From assembly GCA_041601615.1 (NCBI GenBank), contig JBFIHX010000005.1, positions 1-64,000 on the forward strand: a stretch of 64,000 bases of DNA, given 5' to 3'. The position numbers and the translations under genes are program-made. This DNA comes from Thermoplasmatota archaeon (GTDB lineage: Archaea > Thermoplasmatota > E2 > JACPAO01 > JAHFTW01). The notes below the pieces were generated by a model. That model saw only the letters and a list, made by a program, of their open reading frames with translations, did no database searches and was not told the DNA's origin. Shown here piece after piece: positions 18,993 through 28,086 of the stretch. How positions within the stretch are numbered: the stretch's first letter is position 1; each line of letters begins with the position of its first letter.

Positions 18993-19739
18993 TCAGATAA
19001 ACGTCCCTTGATTCCGCCTGGGCTGCTGTGCCTCGGCGTCTTCCATGGCTTTCTTGATTTGGGCTTCGAGTTCCATGGCGTCCTTCAACAGTGGCTTGGA
19101 GTCCACTTTCAATTCTGGAATCAGTCGATCCAATGTCTCGATGAGTGCCGCTGCTGCTCGTCCGTCGGGGTGGCTTTGGGCGGCTTCGACGATGAGGGTG
19201 GCGACGTGGAAGGGGGTGGTGCGGCCGTGGCTAAGGATGTGGGCGGTGAGGCCGCCGATGATGGCTTTGACGAGGGTTTCGGCTTTGGAGGATTCGAGGG
19301 CTTTGAGGGCGGCGGGGGTGGCGCTGCCGGCGAATACGTCGGGGGTCTGGTCGTCGTTTTCTTCGCGGCCGACTGCGTCGAGGCTGAGCACCATGCGGCT
19401 GGGGGCGGCCCAGGTGATGATGGCTTCGGCGACTTCACCGAGAATTTCGGCGGGAATGGGGATTTCACTGGTGATGGTGAAGATGCGGGGGCAGGGGCCG
19501 TCGATGTCGCATTGAGTTTCGCCGCCGTGGATGCGGATGGGACTGCAGGCGATGCCATTTGCAATGTGGACGACGCCGGTCATGTCGGGGCTGGTGATGT
19601 GGCCGACGAGGGGGAGGTTGAGGTGTTTGTGGAGGTAGGTGCCGGCAATGGGGGCCGCGGCGCCGGTGCTTGGAAACGCGACGACGATGAGGGCGTCTTG
19701 GAGGTCGACGGAGTCAAACAGTTCGACGTTGACGGGCAT
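18993..19739 (-). CDS. PAC2 / proteasome assembly chaperone (PbaA/PbaB-like)
   Basis: VAFPSTGAAAPIAG, PIRIH, HPDGRAAA..I..L and D...L...A.ELE patterns. Confidence 0.82.
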   Translation of the reverse strand: MPVNVELFDSVDLQDALIVVAFPSTGAAAPIAGTYLHKHLNLPLVGHITSPDMTGVVHIANGIACSPIRIHGGETQCDIDGPCPRIFTITSEIPIPAEILGEVAEAIITWAAPSRMVLSLDAVGREENDDQTPDVFAGSATPAALKALESSKAETLVKAIIGGLTAHILSHGRTTPFHVATLIVEAAQSHPDGRAAAALIETLDRLIPELKVDSKPLLKDAMELEAQIKKAMEDAEAQQPRRNQGTFI

Positions 19740-19871
19740 TGGGGCTCGAAGCTTGTGGGTGGGTGTCAAGGTTCCGGCTTCATTCTGCCAGGGCCCGCCG
19801 GGGCGTGGGGCGTGGCAGTCGGCCAGGGGGAACACCCGATGGATGAATGGTAGAGGGGAGTTGTGGCTTTC

Positions 19872-20465
19872 TTAGCAGCCAGAGGTGTAGCTGCCGGCGT
19901 CTAGGTAGACGTCGTAGGTGCCAGCGCTGACGCCGGTTCCGGTGTTGCCGCCGAGTCCGACGTCCGACCAGGAACCGAAGAAGACGTACACTTCGTCGAA
20001 GCCGCCGCCGATGTCCTCGCGGATGCACATGGAAAGCTCGGCGTCGGTGTTGTCGCCGCAGTCCTTGTCATCCTTGGAGCAGGAGCTGTCGAGGGCTTGG
20101 TTCGAGTAGGTGGATGCGTAGTCGTCGTCGTCCGCAGGAGAGCAGATGGTGTTGTCGTTGCGGTCGGAGCATACGGTCATTTCAAAGCCGCCGGCGTCGC
20201 CGGGTCCAAAGACGCCTTCGCGCCAGTTGGCCCAGACGGTGATGTCGCGGCCGTCGCCGCTCCAGCTGCTTACGTCAAAGACTGCGTGGTCGGGGTTCGC
20301 GCAAGCGAAGAGGTCGGTCGAACACAGGCTGGCGCCGACTGCGCCGATCCCCTTGGCCGAGTATCCTACACTGTTTTGGACTGTCTGTTTCTCTCCGGCT
20401 GGGTCTGCGAGTGCTGGGGCGATTAGAAAGAGCGTGCAGAAGAGCGCGAGTAGCGTGGTTTTCAT
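19872..20465 (-). CDS. Secreted acidic Cys-rich protein (paralog 1)
   Basis: Signal peptide; CSDRNDNTIC and CSKDDKDCGD motifs shared with the neighbouring gene. Confidence 0.8.
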   Translation of the reverse strand: MKTTLLALFCTLFLIAPALADPAGEKQTVQNSVGYSAKGIGAVGASLCSTDLFACANPDHAVFDVSSWSGDGRDITVWANWREGVFGPGDAGGFEMTVCSDRNDNTICSPADDDDYASTYSNQALDSSCSKDDKDCGDNTDAELSMCIREDIGGGFDEVYVFFGSWSDVGLGGNTGTGVSAGTYDVYLDAGSYTSGC

Positions 20466-20743
20466 GGTATTGTCCTGTGGGTGTTTCCCACGTTTCGATG
20501 AGCCTGGCGGGGCTTTATGGGGGGTGTCACCAATTGCCTCCCCGGTTGGGTAATTTTTACCCTTTTTAGTTAGTCAGAATACGAAAATATGATGGTTTTG
20601 GGCCGATTGCACCTGTTACTTTGAAGTTGGGGGATGGGGAAGCTTCGAAACGGATGCATTTGGGCGAGGGTGATTGCATGCTGAGTTGCTGTTTCGTCGG
20701 GGGGAAAGAAGGTTGAGGGGGCAGGGGGGGGGGTTTGGCGGGC

Positions 20744-21385
20744 TCAGCACGAGGCCACGAAGTCTCCTGGCGTGAGGTAGGCGCCGTAGATGCCTTCGCT
20801 CAGTCCGGCTCCGGCGTCGAAAAACAGTCCGTCGCTTGCCCATAAGACTAGGAAGACTCCAAGATCGTCGAATTCTCCGTCGTCGTCGAGCGGGATGCAG
20901 GTTTGGACCTGGGCGGCGTAGGGGTCGCCGCAGTCCTTTTTGTCCTTGTTGCAGAGGTCCGATTCCTGGATGCCGTCGTTGGAGTAGCCCCATGCGAGCA
21001 AGTCGGAGTCGCCGCCCGACTCGTTGCAGATCTGATTGTCGTTCAGGTCGCTGCACACCAGCACTGCGAATCCGCCTACGTCTGGCGGGATGATGCCGTG
21101 GATGAGGTTGACCCAGATGGTCACTTCGCGACCTTGCTTCGTGCCCACGTCGTTGTTCCACGAGGTGGTGTCAAAGTAGGTCCGGCCTCGTTCGGCAAGT
21201 GTGTCTCCGCAGGTGGCTTTGAGTGCGTTTCGGTTGCAGATGTTGTAGTCGAGGATGAGGAAGTCGTCGATGCTGAGGGATGTGGTGCCCCAGATGTACT
21301 GTGGTTGTGTATGGTCTGGGGCTTCGGCGGGTATGGTTGTGGTCAGAAGCAACGAAAGGGTCGTCGCGATCATGGTTGTTTTCAT
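20744..21385 (-). CDS. Secreted acidic Cys-rich protein (paralog 2)
   Basis: Signal peptide; CSDLNDNQIC and CNKDKKDCGD motifs; C-terminal Cys. Confidence 0.8.
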   Translation of the reverse strand: MKTTMIATTLSLLLTTTIPAEAPDHTQPQYIWGTTSLSIDDFLILDYNICNRNALKATCGDTLAERGRTYFDTTSWNNDVGTKQGREVTIWVNLIHGIIPPDVGGFAVLVCSDLNDNQICNESGGDSDLLAWGYSNDGIQESDLCNKDKKDCGDPYAAQVQTCIPLDDDGEFDDLGVFLVLWASDGLFFDAGAGLSEGIYGAYLTPGDFVASC

Positions 21386-21727
21386 GGGTAGTTCCTGCGG
21401 GCGAGCCCGCGTTTTGCAAGAACTCTGTGCGCATCTTGGCGTGTGTGCCCGAGTCCCTCCCCGAATCGGCCGAATGCCGACAGTTACCCCACATATTTGT
21501 ACGACTTAGAGAAGGATACAATGCCGGTTGGTGCAATATAGGCAACGTAAGCGGCTAATAATTGTAAAGAAAAAGTTCAAAAGCTCTGTAATAAAAATAT
21601 TAATTCATTGGTAATATGGTTGAAGGAAAAAATGGATTACCTGCGGATATGGGTACAAATGGTGCCGCCGGCCGGCTGGTTCCCTCGTCCAATTCGGCGC
21701 CAGGGGCCATCACCTGGCCCAGCGGGG

Positions 21728-22900
21728 TCAGCCGATGACCATGCCTTCCATGCGGAAATCGCCCTCGGCAAATCGCTCCAACCGGAACGGGCGAAGGTCG
21801 AAATCGGGCTTGCGACCGGCGATGGCCTGTGCTGTCAAGAGGCCAACCATGGGGCTGATCATCATGCCGTGGCCGCTGAATCCGCTTGCTTGATGCAGAT
21901 TGTCTGGGCCCGCCGCCGCGACTCCCAAAACCGGCTTGCGATCGGGTGTCACATCATAGCTGCCGGCCCATTGACGAAGCACACGCACGGCGCCAAGCCT
22001 GGGCAGGAGCCGTACGGTCTGCTTGGCAAATTGCCGCAAGAAATCGAGGCTGCTGCCCCAATCTAGGCTTTCTTCGTGGTGGCCGCCGAGGCCGCCCACG
22101 AGCTCTCCACGCATGTCTTGGTTGACGTAGTAGCCCGTGGAAAGGTCCACGAGCATGGGGTCCAAGAAGGGTTTGAGTGGTTCGCTGACGAGGATTTCGT
22201 GGCGCTCCGGTTTGTTGGGCAATTCCACGTCTGCTAGTGCACTGACTTGCTTGGACCAGGCGCCGGCCGCGTTTACCACATGGTCACAACGGACGGTTCC
22301 TCGTGTGGTTTCTACGGCGGTGATTTTGCCGGCGTCCGTGTGGAGACCCGTGACTTGCGCGTGCGTCACCACTTCCACGCCGCGCTTTTCGGCCGCCGCT
22401 TTCCAACCCCAGACCAGTGGCCAGGGAAACACGATGGCGTCGTCGGGGTTGAAGGTGGCTCCGACGCAGCCGTCGGTGTTGAGGCCTGGGATGATGCGCT
22501 GGGCTTCGTCGAGGTCGATGATGCGGGTCTTGACGCCGTGGCTGTTTTGGAAGCGGGTTGCGTCTCGCATCTGGGATAGTTGGGCCTCGTTGCGGGTCAA
22601 GAACAAGTAGCCGCCTTGGCGCAGGAAGACGTTGTGCCCGGTTTCGCCGCCGAACGCCTTGAATGCCTGGATGCTGCGTTGGGCGAGAATGATGTTCTCT
22701 TCGGTGGTCCACTGTGCGCGGACACCGCCGCCGTTGCGACCCGTGGCGCCTTTGACGAGGCTGTCGCGGTCCAGAACCAGCACGTCGGTGATGCCGATTT
22801 TGGCAAGGTTGTGTGCGATGGAGAGGCCGATGGCGCCGCCGCCGACAATGACGACTTGGTAGTGGGATTTGCGTGGGCCGGGTGTCGGGACGGGGCTCAC
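21728..22900 (-). CDS. FAD-dependent oxidoreductase (dye-linked L-proline dehydrogenase / sarcosine oxidase beta subunit)
   Basis: GGGAIG, GATGRNGGG, NAAGAW, WAG.YDVTPD and GFSGHG motifs; GGAGG upstream of GTG 22900. Confidence 0.9.
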   Translation of the reverse strand: MSPVPTPGPRKSHYQVVIVGGGAIGLSIAHNLAKIGITDVLVLDRDSLVKGATGRNGGGVRAQWTTEENIILAQRSIQAFKAFGGETGHNVFLRQGGYLFLTRNEAQLSQMRDATRFQNSHGVKTRIIDLDEAQRIIPGLNTDGCVGATFNPDDAIVFPWPLVWGWKAAAEKRGVEVVTHAQVTGLHTDAGKITAVETTRGTVRCDHVVNAAGAWSKQVSALADVELPNKPERHEILVSEPLKPFLDPMLVDLSTGYYVNQDMRGELVGGLGGHHEESLDWGSSLDFLRQFAKQTVRLLPRLGAVRVLRQWAGSYDVTPDRKPVLGVAAAGPDNLHQASGFSGHGMMISPMVGLLTAQAIAGRKPDFDLRPFRLERFAEGDFRMEGMVIG

Positions 22901-22934
22901 GTTTGGCCTCCCGGGGCTTGTGAACAACGCGTAT

Positions 22935-23213
22935 TCACTCTTGTTCCTCCTGGGCGGCGAGAGTGGCGAAGCTGATGGGGCGCACGGGGGGCCGGAACGT
23001 TATGACGTCCAGGTCGTCCAGTGCGACGCCGGTTTGTTGGCTGAGGAGGTGGAGTGCCGCCTGGACACAGGATTTGCCTTGGCAGGGGCCGGTGCCGACG
23101 CCGAGGTATCGTTTGAGGTCCTCGAAGCAGCGGTATCCTTCTTCCATGGCGTGCAGGCAGTCGTCGGTGGTGATGTCCTCGCAGCGGCACAGGAATGTCT
23201 TGGGGGTGGTCAC
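22935..23213 (-). CDS. BFD-like [2Fe-2S] small subunit of the proline dehydrogenase/sarcosine oxidase-like complex
   Basis: CRCEDIT...LKRY.G.GTGPCQGKSC..RPP; GTGA overlap with the upstream gene. Confidence 0.88.
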   Translation of the reverse strand: MTTPKTFLCRCEDITTDDCLHAMEEGYRCFEDLKRYLGVGTGPCQGKSCVQAALHLLSQQTGVALDDLDVITFRPPVRPISFATLAAQEEQE

Positions 23214-24352
23214 GGGAAGCCCTCCACGTAGATGCCGTCCACGCTGGTTTTGCCGTCGGCTTCGCGCTCTGCGGCGAGGGTGCCTTCTTGGAAGGAGAGC
23301 TTGCAGCCGGCTTGTTGAAGCAGTTCGACGCGGGGGGTGAGGGGCACGTCGCAGACGACGGCGTCGCAGTGGATCCATTGGCCGTCGACGAGTGCCTTTT
23401 CGACGCGGGTGCCTCCTTTGACGGCTGTGACTTCGCCGTGTGCCAGGATTCGGCCTCCTGCGGCTTCGAGGTTTTGTTGGAAGTGGGCGGGGGGCGTGGT
23501 GGCGTGCAGTACGACGCGGGCGCCGGGTCTGGTGCCTTGGGAGAGGAGTCGTTGGGCGCCGCGTAGGCTGAGAACACCGGGTAGGTCGTTGTTGACGAAG
23601 AGGGGCCATCCGTCGTGGCGGCCGGCGGCGATGGTGGTGCGGTCGGCGTTGACGTGGATGAGGTCGTTGCCGCGTCGGATGCCGATGCCGTCGTCGTAGA
23701 TGCCGAAGGCGACGCTGTGGGTCCAGATTTCGACGCCGGGCCAGGTCGTGGCGGCTTTGGCAAGTTCCAGGGTTGCGGTTTCGTCGCCGCTCCAGAGGGC
23801 GGAGCCGCCGGGGTGTGCCGCTTCGTCCACCAGCACCACACGCTTGCCTTCTTTGGCTGCGGCTTGGGCGCGCAGGAGTCCGAATTGGCCGGCGCCCACG
23901 ATCAGTTCGTCTACGGTTTCACGGTAGGCGCGGGGGGCGGGGCCTGTGGGTGGCTCGGTGGGTGCTTTGCCGAGGCCGCTCATGAACCGCACCACTTTGA
24001 GAAACATCATGTTGAGGATGCGGGGGCGGGTGAACGCGCCGTGGGGGTCGAAGCCGCGTCGGTATACTTTGTCCGTGGCTGCCAGTAGGTCGCGTTTGGC
24101 GCTGCCGATGCGGTTTTGGCTCTGGACTTCGGCGCCGTCTTCGGCTTTGGCCATGCAGGCGGGCACGTTGGGCACTCCGTCCACGTCGACGAGGCAGGAG
24201 CCACAGGAGCCGGCGTTGCAGTAGAGGCCGCGTGGTCGGTGGTACTTGAGACTGCGCGACAGTTCGAGGATTCCTTCTCGGTGGAGGGCGCTGCCTAGGG
24301 TGTCTCCGTCTTGGAATGTCACGGGGCGGCCGTCGAAGCGGAACCGGGCCAA
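23210..24352 (-). CDS. 2Fe-2S/FAD alpha subunit of the proline dehydrogenase/sarcosine oxidase-like complex
   Basis: FDGR..GDTLGSAL, SRSLKYHRPRGLYC..G.CGSCLV..VPAC, VGAG and NNDLPG motifs. Confidence 0.88.
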   Translation of the reverse strand: MARFRFDGRPVTFQDGDTLGSALHREGILELSRSLKYHRPRGLYCNAGSCGSCLVDVDGVPNVPACMAKAEDGAEVQSQNRIGSAKRDLLAATDKVYRRGFDPHGAFTRPRILNMMFLKVVRFMSGLGKAPTEPPTGPAPRAYRETVDELIVGAGQFGLLRAQAAAKEGKRVVLVDEAAHPGGSALWSGDETATLELAKAATTWPGVEIWTHSVAFGIYDDGIGIRRGNDLIHVNADRTTIAAGRHDGWPLFVNNDLPGVLSLRGAQRLLSQGTRPGARVVLHATTPPAHFQQNLEAAGGRILAHGEVTAVKGGTRVEKALVDGQWIHCDAVVCDVPLTPRVELLQQAGCKLSFQEGTLAAEREADGKTSVDGIYVEGFP

Positions 24353-24375
24353 CGCGCGACGACTCCCGGGTTCGC

Positions 24376-24744
24376 TCAAGAAGCGTGCGGTCGTGTGCGC
24401 GGGGTGCGTTGCGGTCGTGGAACACCGTTGCGATCCAGTTCTTGTCCCAGTCGGCCCACGAGCCAAAGTCCCCACATGCGCCAGTCGCTGGCGAGACTTT
24501 GTAGGGGGTAGCGGAAGGTGGCGGGTCGGTTGTGCTCGAAGAAAAAGTGGCCAAACCAGGCAAATCCGTAGCCGCCGACGAGGGCGCCGACGAGAAACCA
24601 GGGCGAGAAGAGCACGGCGGCGGCGATGCAGAGGGCGGCGAGGGTTGTGCCGGCTAGGTGCACGGCGCGGTTGCGGTGGTCCTTGTGTTCGTGTAGGTAG
24701 AATCGCCAGAAGTTCTGCGTAGGATTGGGGGAATTGGTGGGCAT
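24376..24744 (-). CDS. DUF962 / Mpo1-like membrane protein
   Basis: FWRFYLHEH..NRAVH.AG, GYGFAWFGHFFFEHNRPATF.YP and SDWRM motifs. Confidence 0.88.
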   Translation of the reverse strand: MPTNSPNPTQNFWRFYLHEHKDHRNRAVHLAGTTLAALCIAAAVLFSPWFLVGALVGGYGFAWFGHFFFEHNRPATFRYPLQSLASDWRMWGLWLVGRLGQELDRNGVPRPQRTPRTRPHAS

Positions 24745-24962
24745 GAGAAAATGGGCGGCAGACACAAACCAGCGTGGAGCACCAAGCCCCAACGACAACC
24801 AACCAGGACAGAACGCGCCTGCCACCCAGCCATGGAGCTAGCGCGGGCCATGTTAAGCTTGTGCTCCCCGGAGCGATTCAATTGTGGAGGCTTCACTGCA
24901 CGGGAGAAACCATGGGGAAATGGAGGAAATGGAAGGTAATGGAGTGCCCCGTCTGTATGGAT

Positions 24963-25304
24963 TCAGAGGATGCGTTTTCGTTCGCGGTAGACGGTTTGGC
25001 GCGCCACGGCGAGGCTGACTTCGGGGTCGAATCCCAGCAGCCAGCGGACGTAGTGGGGACTTTCTTGCAGGGAATCGTCTTCTCGGTCGGTTCGGAGTTT
25101 TTCTCGAAGGCGGATCGTGCTGGAGCGCGGTTTGCGGCCGGGTCTGCCGTCCCCGGCGAGGTTGTCGCTGGAGGCGAAGGCTCGCACCTGGACCACGGCG
25201 ATGCCTTTGCCGTAGGGGCCGGGGCGAACTCGCACGGCGGAACCGTCGGGGAGGGACAGGTCCATGGGCCCGTCCAGCGGTACGATTGGGATGTCACCTA
25301 CCAT
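24963..25304 (-). CDS. Hypothetical protein, possibly DNA-binding
   Basis: 113-aa ORF with GRPGRKPR and a basic helical C-terminus. Confidence 0.5.
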   Translation of the reverse strand: MVGDIPIVPLDGPMDLSLPDGSAVRVRPGPYGKGIAVVQVRAFASSDNLAGDGRPGRKPRSSTIRLREKLRTDREDDSLQESPHYVRWLLGFDPEVSLAVARQTVYRERKRIL

Positions 25305-25619
25305 ACTCGCCAAGAGCACCAAGAAGAGATAGTTCTTTGGATGACTGCTAATCGATATATCAACGTCTATTCGACTAGATGAGTGTGTTACAGGGTTGGC
25401 CCTTTTCCTTCGCCTCTCAGAGTTGATTAGATGCTTTGGGGCCAATCTTTGCACAGTTACGTCATTGGTTTGATGAGTTTGGGCCGATTGCGGGGGCGAC
25501 GGGGGGAGGGCGGGGTGGATTGCGGGTCCCTTGGTCCGCGGAGGGTGATGGATCTGGCTTGGAATGGTTGCCTTGGATGGAGCAGGGCCGATTTGCTGCG
25601 GCGGTCGGCCGGGTACGCC

Positions 25620-26435
25620 TCAATGTTGGCAGGCGCCGCAGTAGAAGGTGCTGCGACCGCTTTGGGTGATGCGTCGAATTTCACCTTTGCAGCGGGGGCA
25701 CGGCAGTCCCTCGCGTTGGAACACTGCCAATTGCAAGAGGAAATCTCCGGGGCGGCCGATGGCGGAGACGTAGTCGTTGAACGAGGTGCCTCCTTGGGCA
25801 AGGCTGTCGCGAAGCACTTGTTGGGCAGAGGTCAAAAGGAGCGGAATCCGGGCGCGGGGGGTGTTGCAGGCCAATCGTCGCGGTGAGAGTTCGGCGCGCC
25901 AGAGTGCTTCGCAGGCGTAGATGTTGCCGAGGCCGGCGACCTTAGTCTGGTCGAGGAGGAATGATTTGAGGGGTGCGCGGCTGCCGGCGAGCAAGGCTGC
26001 GAACTTGTCGGCGTTGAGTTCGGGGTCGAGGGCGTCGAGGCCGTAGTGGTCGGCGTCTCGGGGTGGGTCGTCGGGAGCGTGCAGAGAAAGCCAGCCGAAT
26101 CGGCGTGGGTCGACAAAGTGCAATTCGTCGCCGTCTTCGAGGCCCAGGACGAGGTGTGTGTGCGGCAGGCGTTGCGCGTCGGGGGCCGAAAACAGGAATT
26201 TGCCGGTCATTCCTAGGTGGGCCACGAATGTTCGGCCGTCGGCGAGGTCCCAGAACATCACTTTCGCGTGGCGGCGGATGGCCTGCACCGTGGCGCCAGA
26301 GAGGGACGACAGCGGCAGCGGCGAAGGTTTGCGCAGTGCAACGGTGCTTGATCGTTCGGCGGATTGGATGCGGGTTCCAGCAAGCCGGGTGTGCAGTCCG
26401 AGGCGGATGGTTTCGACCTCGGGTAGTTCAGGCAC
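25620..26435 (-). CDS. mutM: Formamidopyrimidine-DNA glycosylase / AP lyase (Fpg)
   Basis: N-terminal PELPEVE; HLGMTG, DPRRFG, LLDQ..VAGLGNIYA.E; C-terminal CPRC..RSTFYCGACQ zinc finger. Confidence 0.95.
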   Translation of the reverse strand: MPELPEVETIRLGLHTRLAGTRIQSAERSSTVALRKPSPLPLSSLSGATVQAIRRHAKVMFWDLADGRTFVAHLGMTGKFLFSAPDAQRLPHTHLVLGLEDGDELHFVDPRRFGWLSLHAPDDPPRDADHYGLDALDPELNADKFAALLAGSRAPLKSFLLDQTKVAGLGNIYACEALWRAELSPRRLACNTPRARIPLLLTSAQQVLRDSLAQGGTSFNDYVSAIGRPGDFLLQLAVFQREGLPCPRCKGEIRRITQSGRSTFYCGACQH

Positions 26436-26510
26436 AGTGGTGGGGAGGTGGCGGGGCAGAAAAAGGGCCGGCTGGGGGCAGCGTCAGGTCCGTGGGTTTC
26501 AGGGCGGGCT

Positions 26511-28061
26511 TCAGGGACGGTCCTTCATTCGTTCCACTTGCACGGCGGCGGGAAGCACGGTGGGGCAGGTTTCGGTGAGCCAGGTGCGGGTGGGCCATGC
26601 GGGGTCGGATGCCGGGATGGTGCGGTTGCCGTTGTCGTAGCCGTGGCTCCATGCGCCCCATCCGCTTTGGCGGCAGTGGCTGTCGGCTACGAACCATGCT
26701 TCCATGTCTGCGTCCATTTCTTGGTACCAGCGACCGTCGGCAAAGCCTACGATTTGGTCCACTTCGGCTTCGTATTGTTCGTTGCCAAGGAGTCGGCCCC
26801 AGTAGGTGCCGTGGCCTTCTGCCATGAGGTGCATTTCGGCGGTCTCGGCGGGGACGGTGACGAAGCCAGCTAGATTCCAGCCGGCTTCGGTGGTGGTGGG
26901 GGCGCGAAAGAGGGCGTCCCGGAGTTCGTGCACGGTGAGTGTGCCGTCGGCGGTGGCGCAGTTGGGGTTCTCAGCGCCGCAGGGTAGCTCGCCGACGCTG
27001 ATGACGCCGGCTTCCTGGGTGCGGCTGGCTCCTTCCATGGCGTGGCGCAGGCGGTAGAGTGCCTCGGCGTACAGGCCGGCGGTGACGGGGGTGGCGTTGC
27101 TGGTGCCGCCAAATTCGCCTTCGGCCGTGACCGTGTTGTCGCCGTAGCCACCGGAGGGGTATTCGCTGCCGATGCTGGCGATGTCGGCGGGTTTGCCGTG
27201 GCCGCTGTAGCTGCTGCCATCGCTGGGGGCTACTGCGCCGACGGTGACGATCCAGTCGGGGCCTTCTTGGCTGCTAAACAACGTGGGGTTGGGGGCGGTG
27301 AAGGTGTTGGCGAGGCCGTTGCCGGCGCTAAAGAAGATGGATTGGCCCCGCTCGACGGCTTCGCGTTGGAGGTCGGTGTCGCTGCCGGCATAGATGCGGT
27401 CGCGGCCGAGCGTGGAGAAGCCGAAGGAGTTGGTTTGGACGTCGATCCAGGATTGTTTGGCGACCCATTCGTTGGCTTCTTCGCGGGGGCCGTTGACGAA
27501 GACGAAGAGGCAGTGGGGGCAGGTGCCGTGGAGGTTGCCGACACTGACGGAGGAGGTGCCAACACCGTGGCTGGTGGCGGCAAAGCCGTCGTTGCCGTTG
27601 AAGTTGACGTAGCCGACGACTTTGGTGTTGGGAATCCAGCGCATGTGCATGGTGGCATCGCTGTTGCCGCTGCTTGTTTGGACCTTGTTCCATTCGTCGC
27701 GGTCTGCGTCGTGCAGTGCTGCGGACGCTGCGTCCGCGTCGGAGGGCATGGAGATGCGCAGAGCGTCGTAGCTGGCGAAGGCGTCGGCGCCGGGGTGTCC
27801 TGGAAGCCATGTGGCGGGGTCCTTGTCGAGAGGCAAGTCGTCCATGGGGTCGAGGTTCTGGTGTTGGGGCATTTTGCTTGCCAGGAAATCGTAGTGGTAG
27901 GGATTGATGCCGGTGTCCACCACGGCCACGACCACGGCGTCTTCGTAGGCGCGGGAAGCCGATTCGGAGTCGGTACCTTTGGTGGGTTCGTCGGGGCCGT
28001 CGCTGAGGCAGCCCGCGAGGGTCGCCGTGGCAAGGAGGGTCAGCACCAGGAGTGTGCGCAT
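26511..28061 (-). CDS. S8 subtilase, lipoprotein
   Basis: LAGCL lipobox; catalytic VDTG, HGVGT, AGN and GTSNATP. Confidence 0.88.
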   Translation of the reverse strand: MRTLLVLTLLATATLAGCLSDGPDEPTKGTDSESASRAYEDAVVVAVVDTGINPYHYDFLASKMPQHQNLDPMDDLPLDKDPATWLPGHPGADAFASYDALRISMPSDADAASAALHDADRDEWNKVQTSSGNSDATMHMRWIPNTKVVGYVNFNGNDGFAATSHGVGTSSVSVGNLHGTCPHCLFVFVNGPREEANEWVAKQSWIDVQTNSFGFSTLGRDRIYAGSDTDLQREAVERGQSIFFSAGNGLANTFTAPNPTLFSSQEGPDWIVTVGAVAPSDGSSYSGHGKPADIASIGSEYPSGGYGDNTVTAEGEFGGTSNATPVTAGLYAEALYRLRHAMEGASRTQEAGVISVGELPCGAENPNCATADGTLTVHELRDALFRAPTTTEAGWNLAGFVTVPAETAEMHLMAEGHGTYWGRLLGNEQYEAEVDQIVGFADGRWYQEMDADMEAWFVADSHCRQSGWGAWSHGYDNGNRTIPASDPAWPTRTWLTETCPTVLPAAVQVERMKDRP

Positions 28062-28086
28062 GAACGGAAGGCGGGGCGGCGGGACT

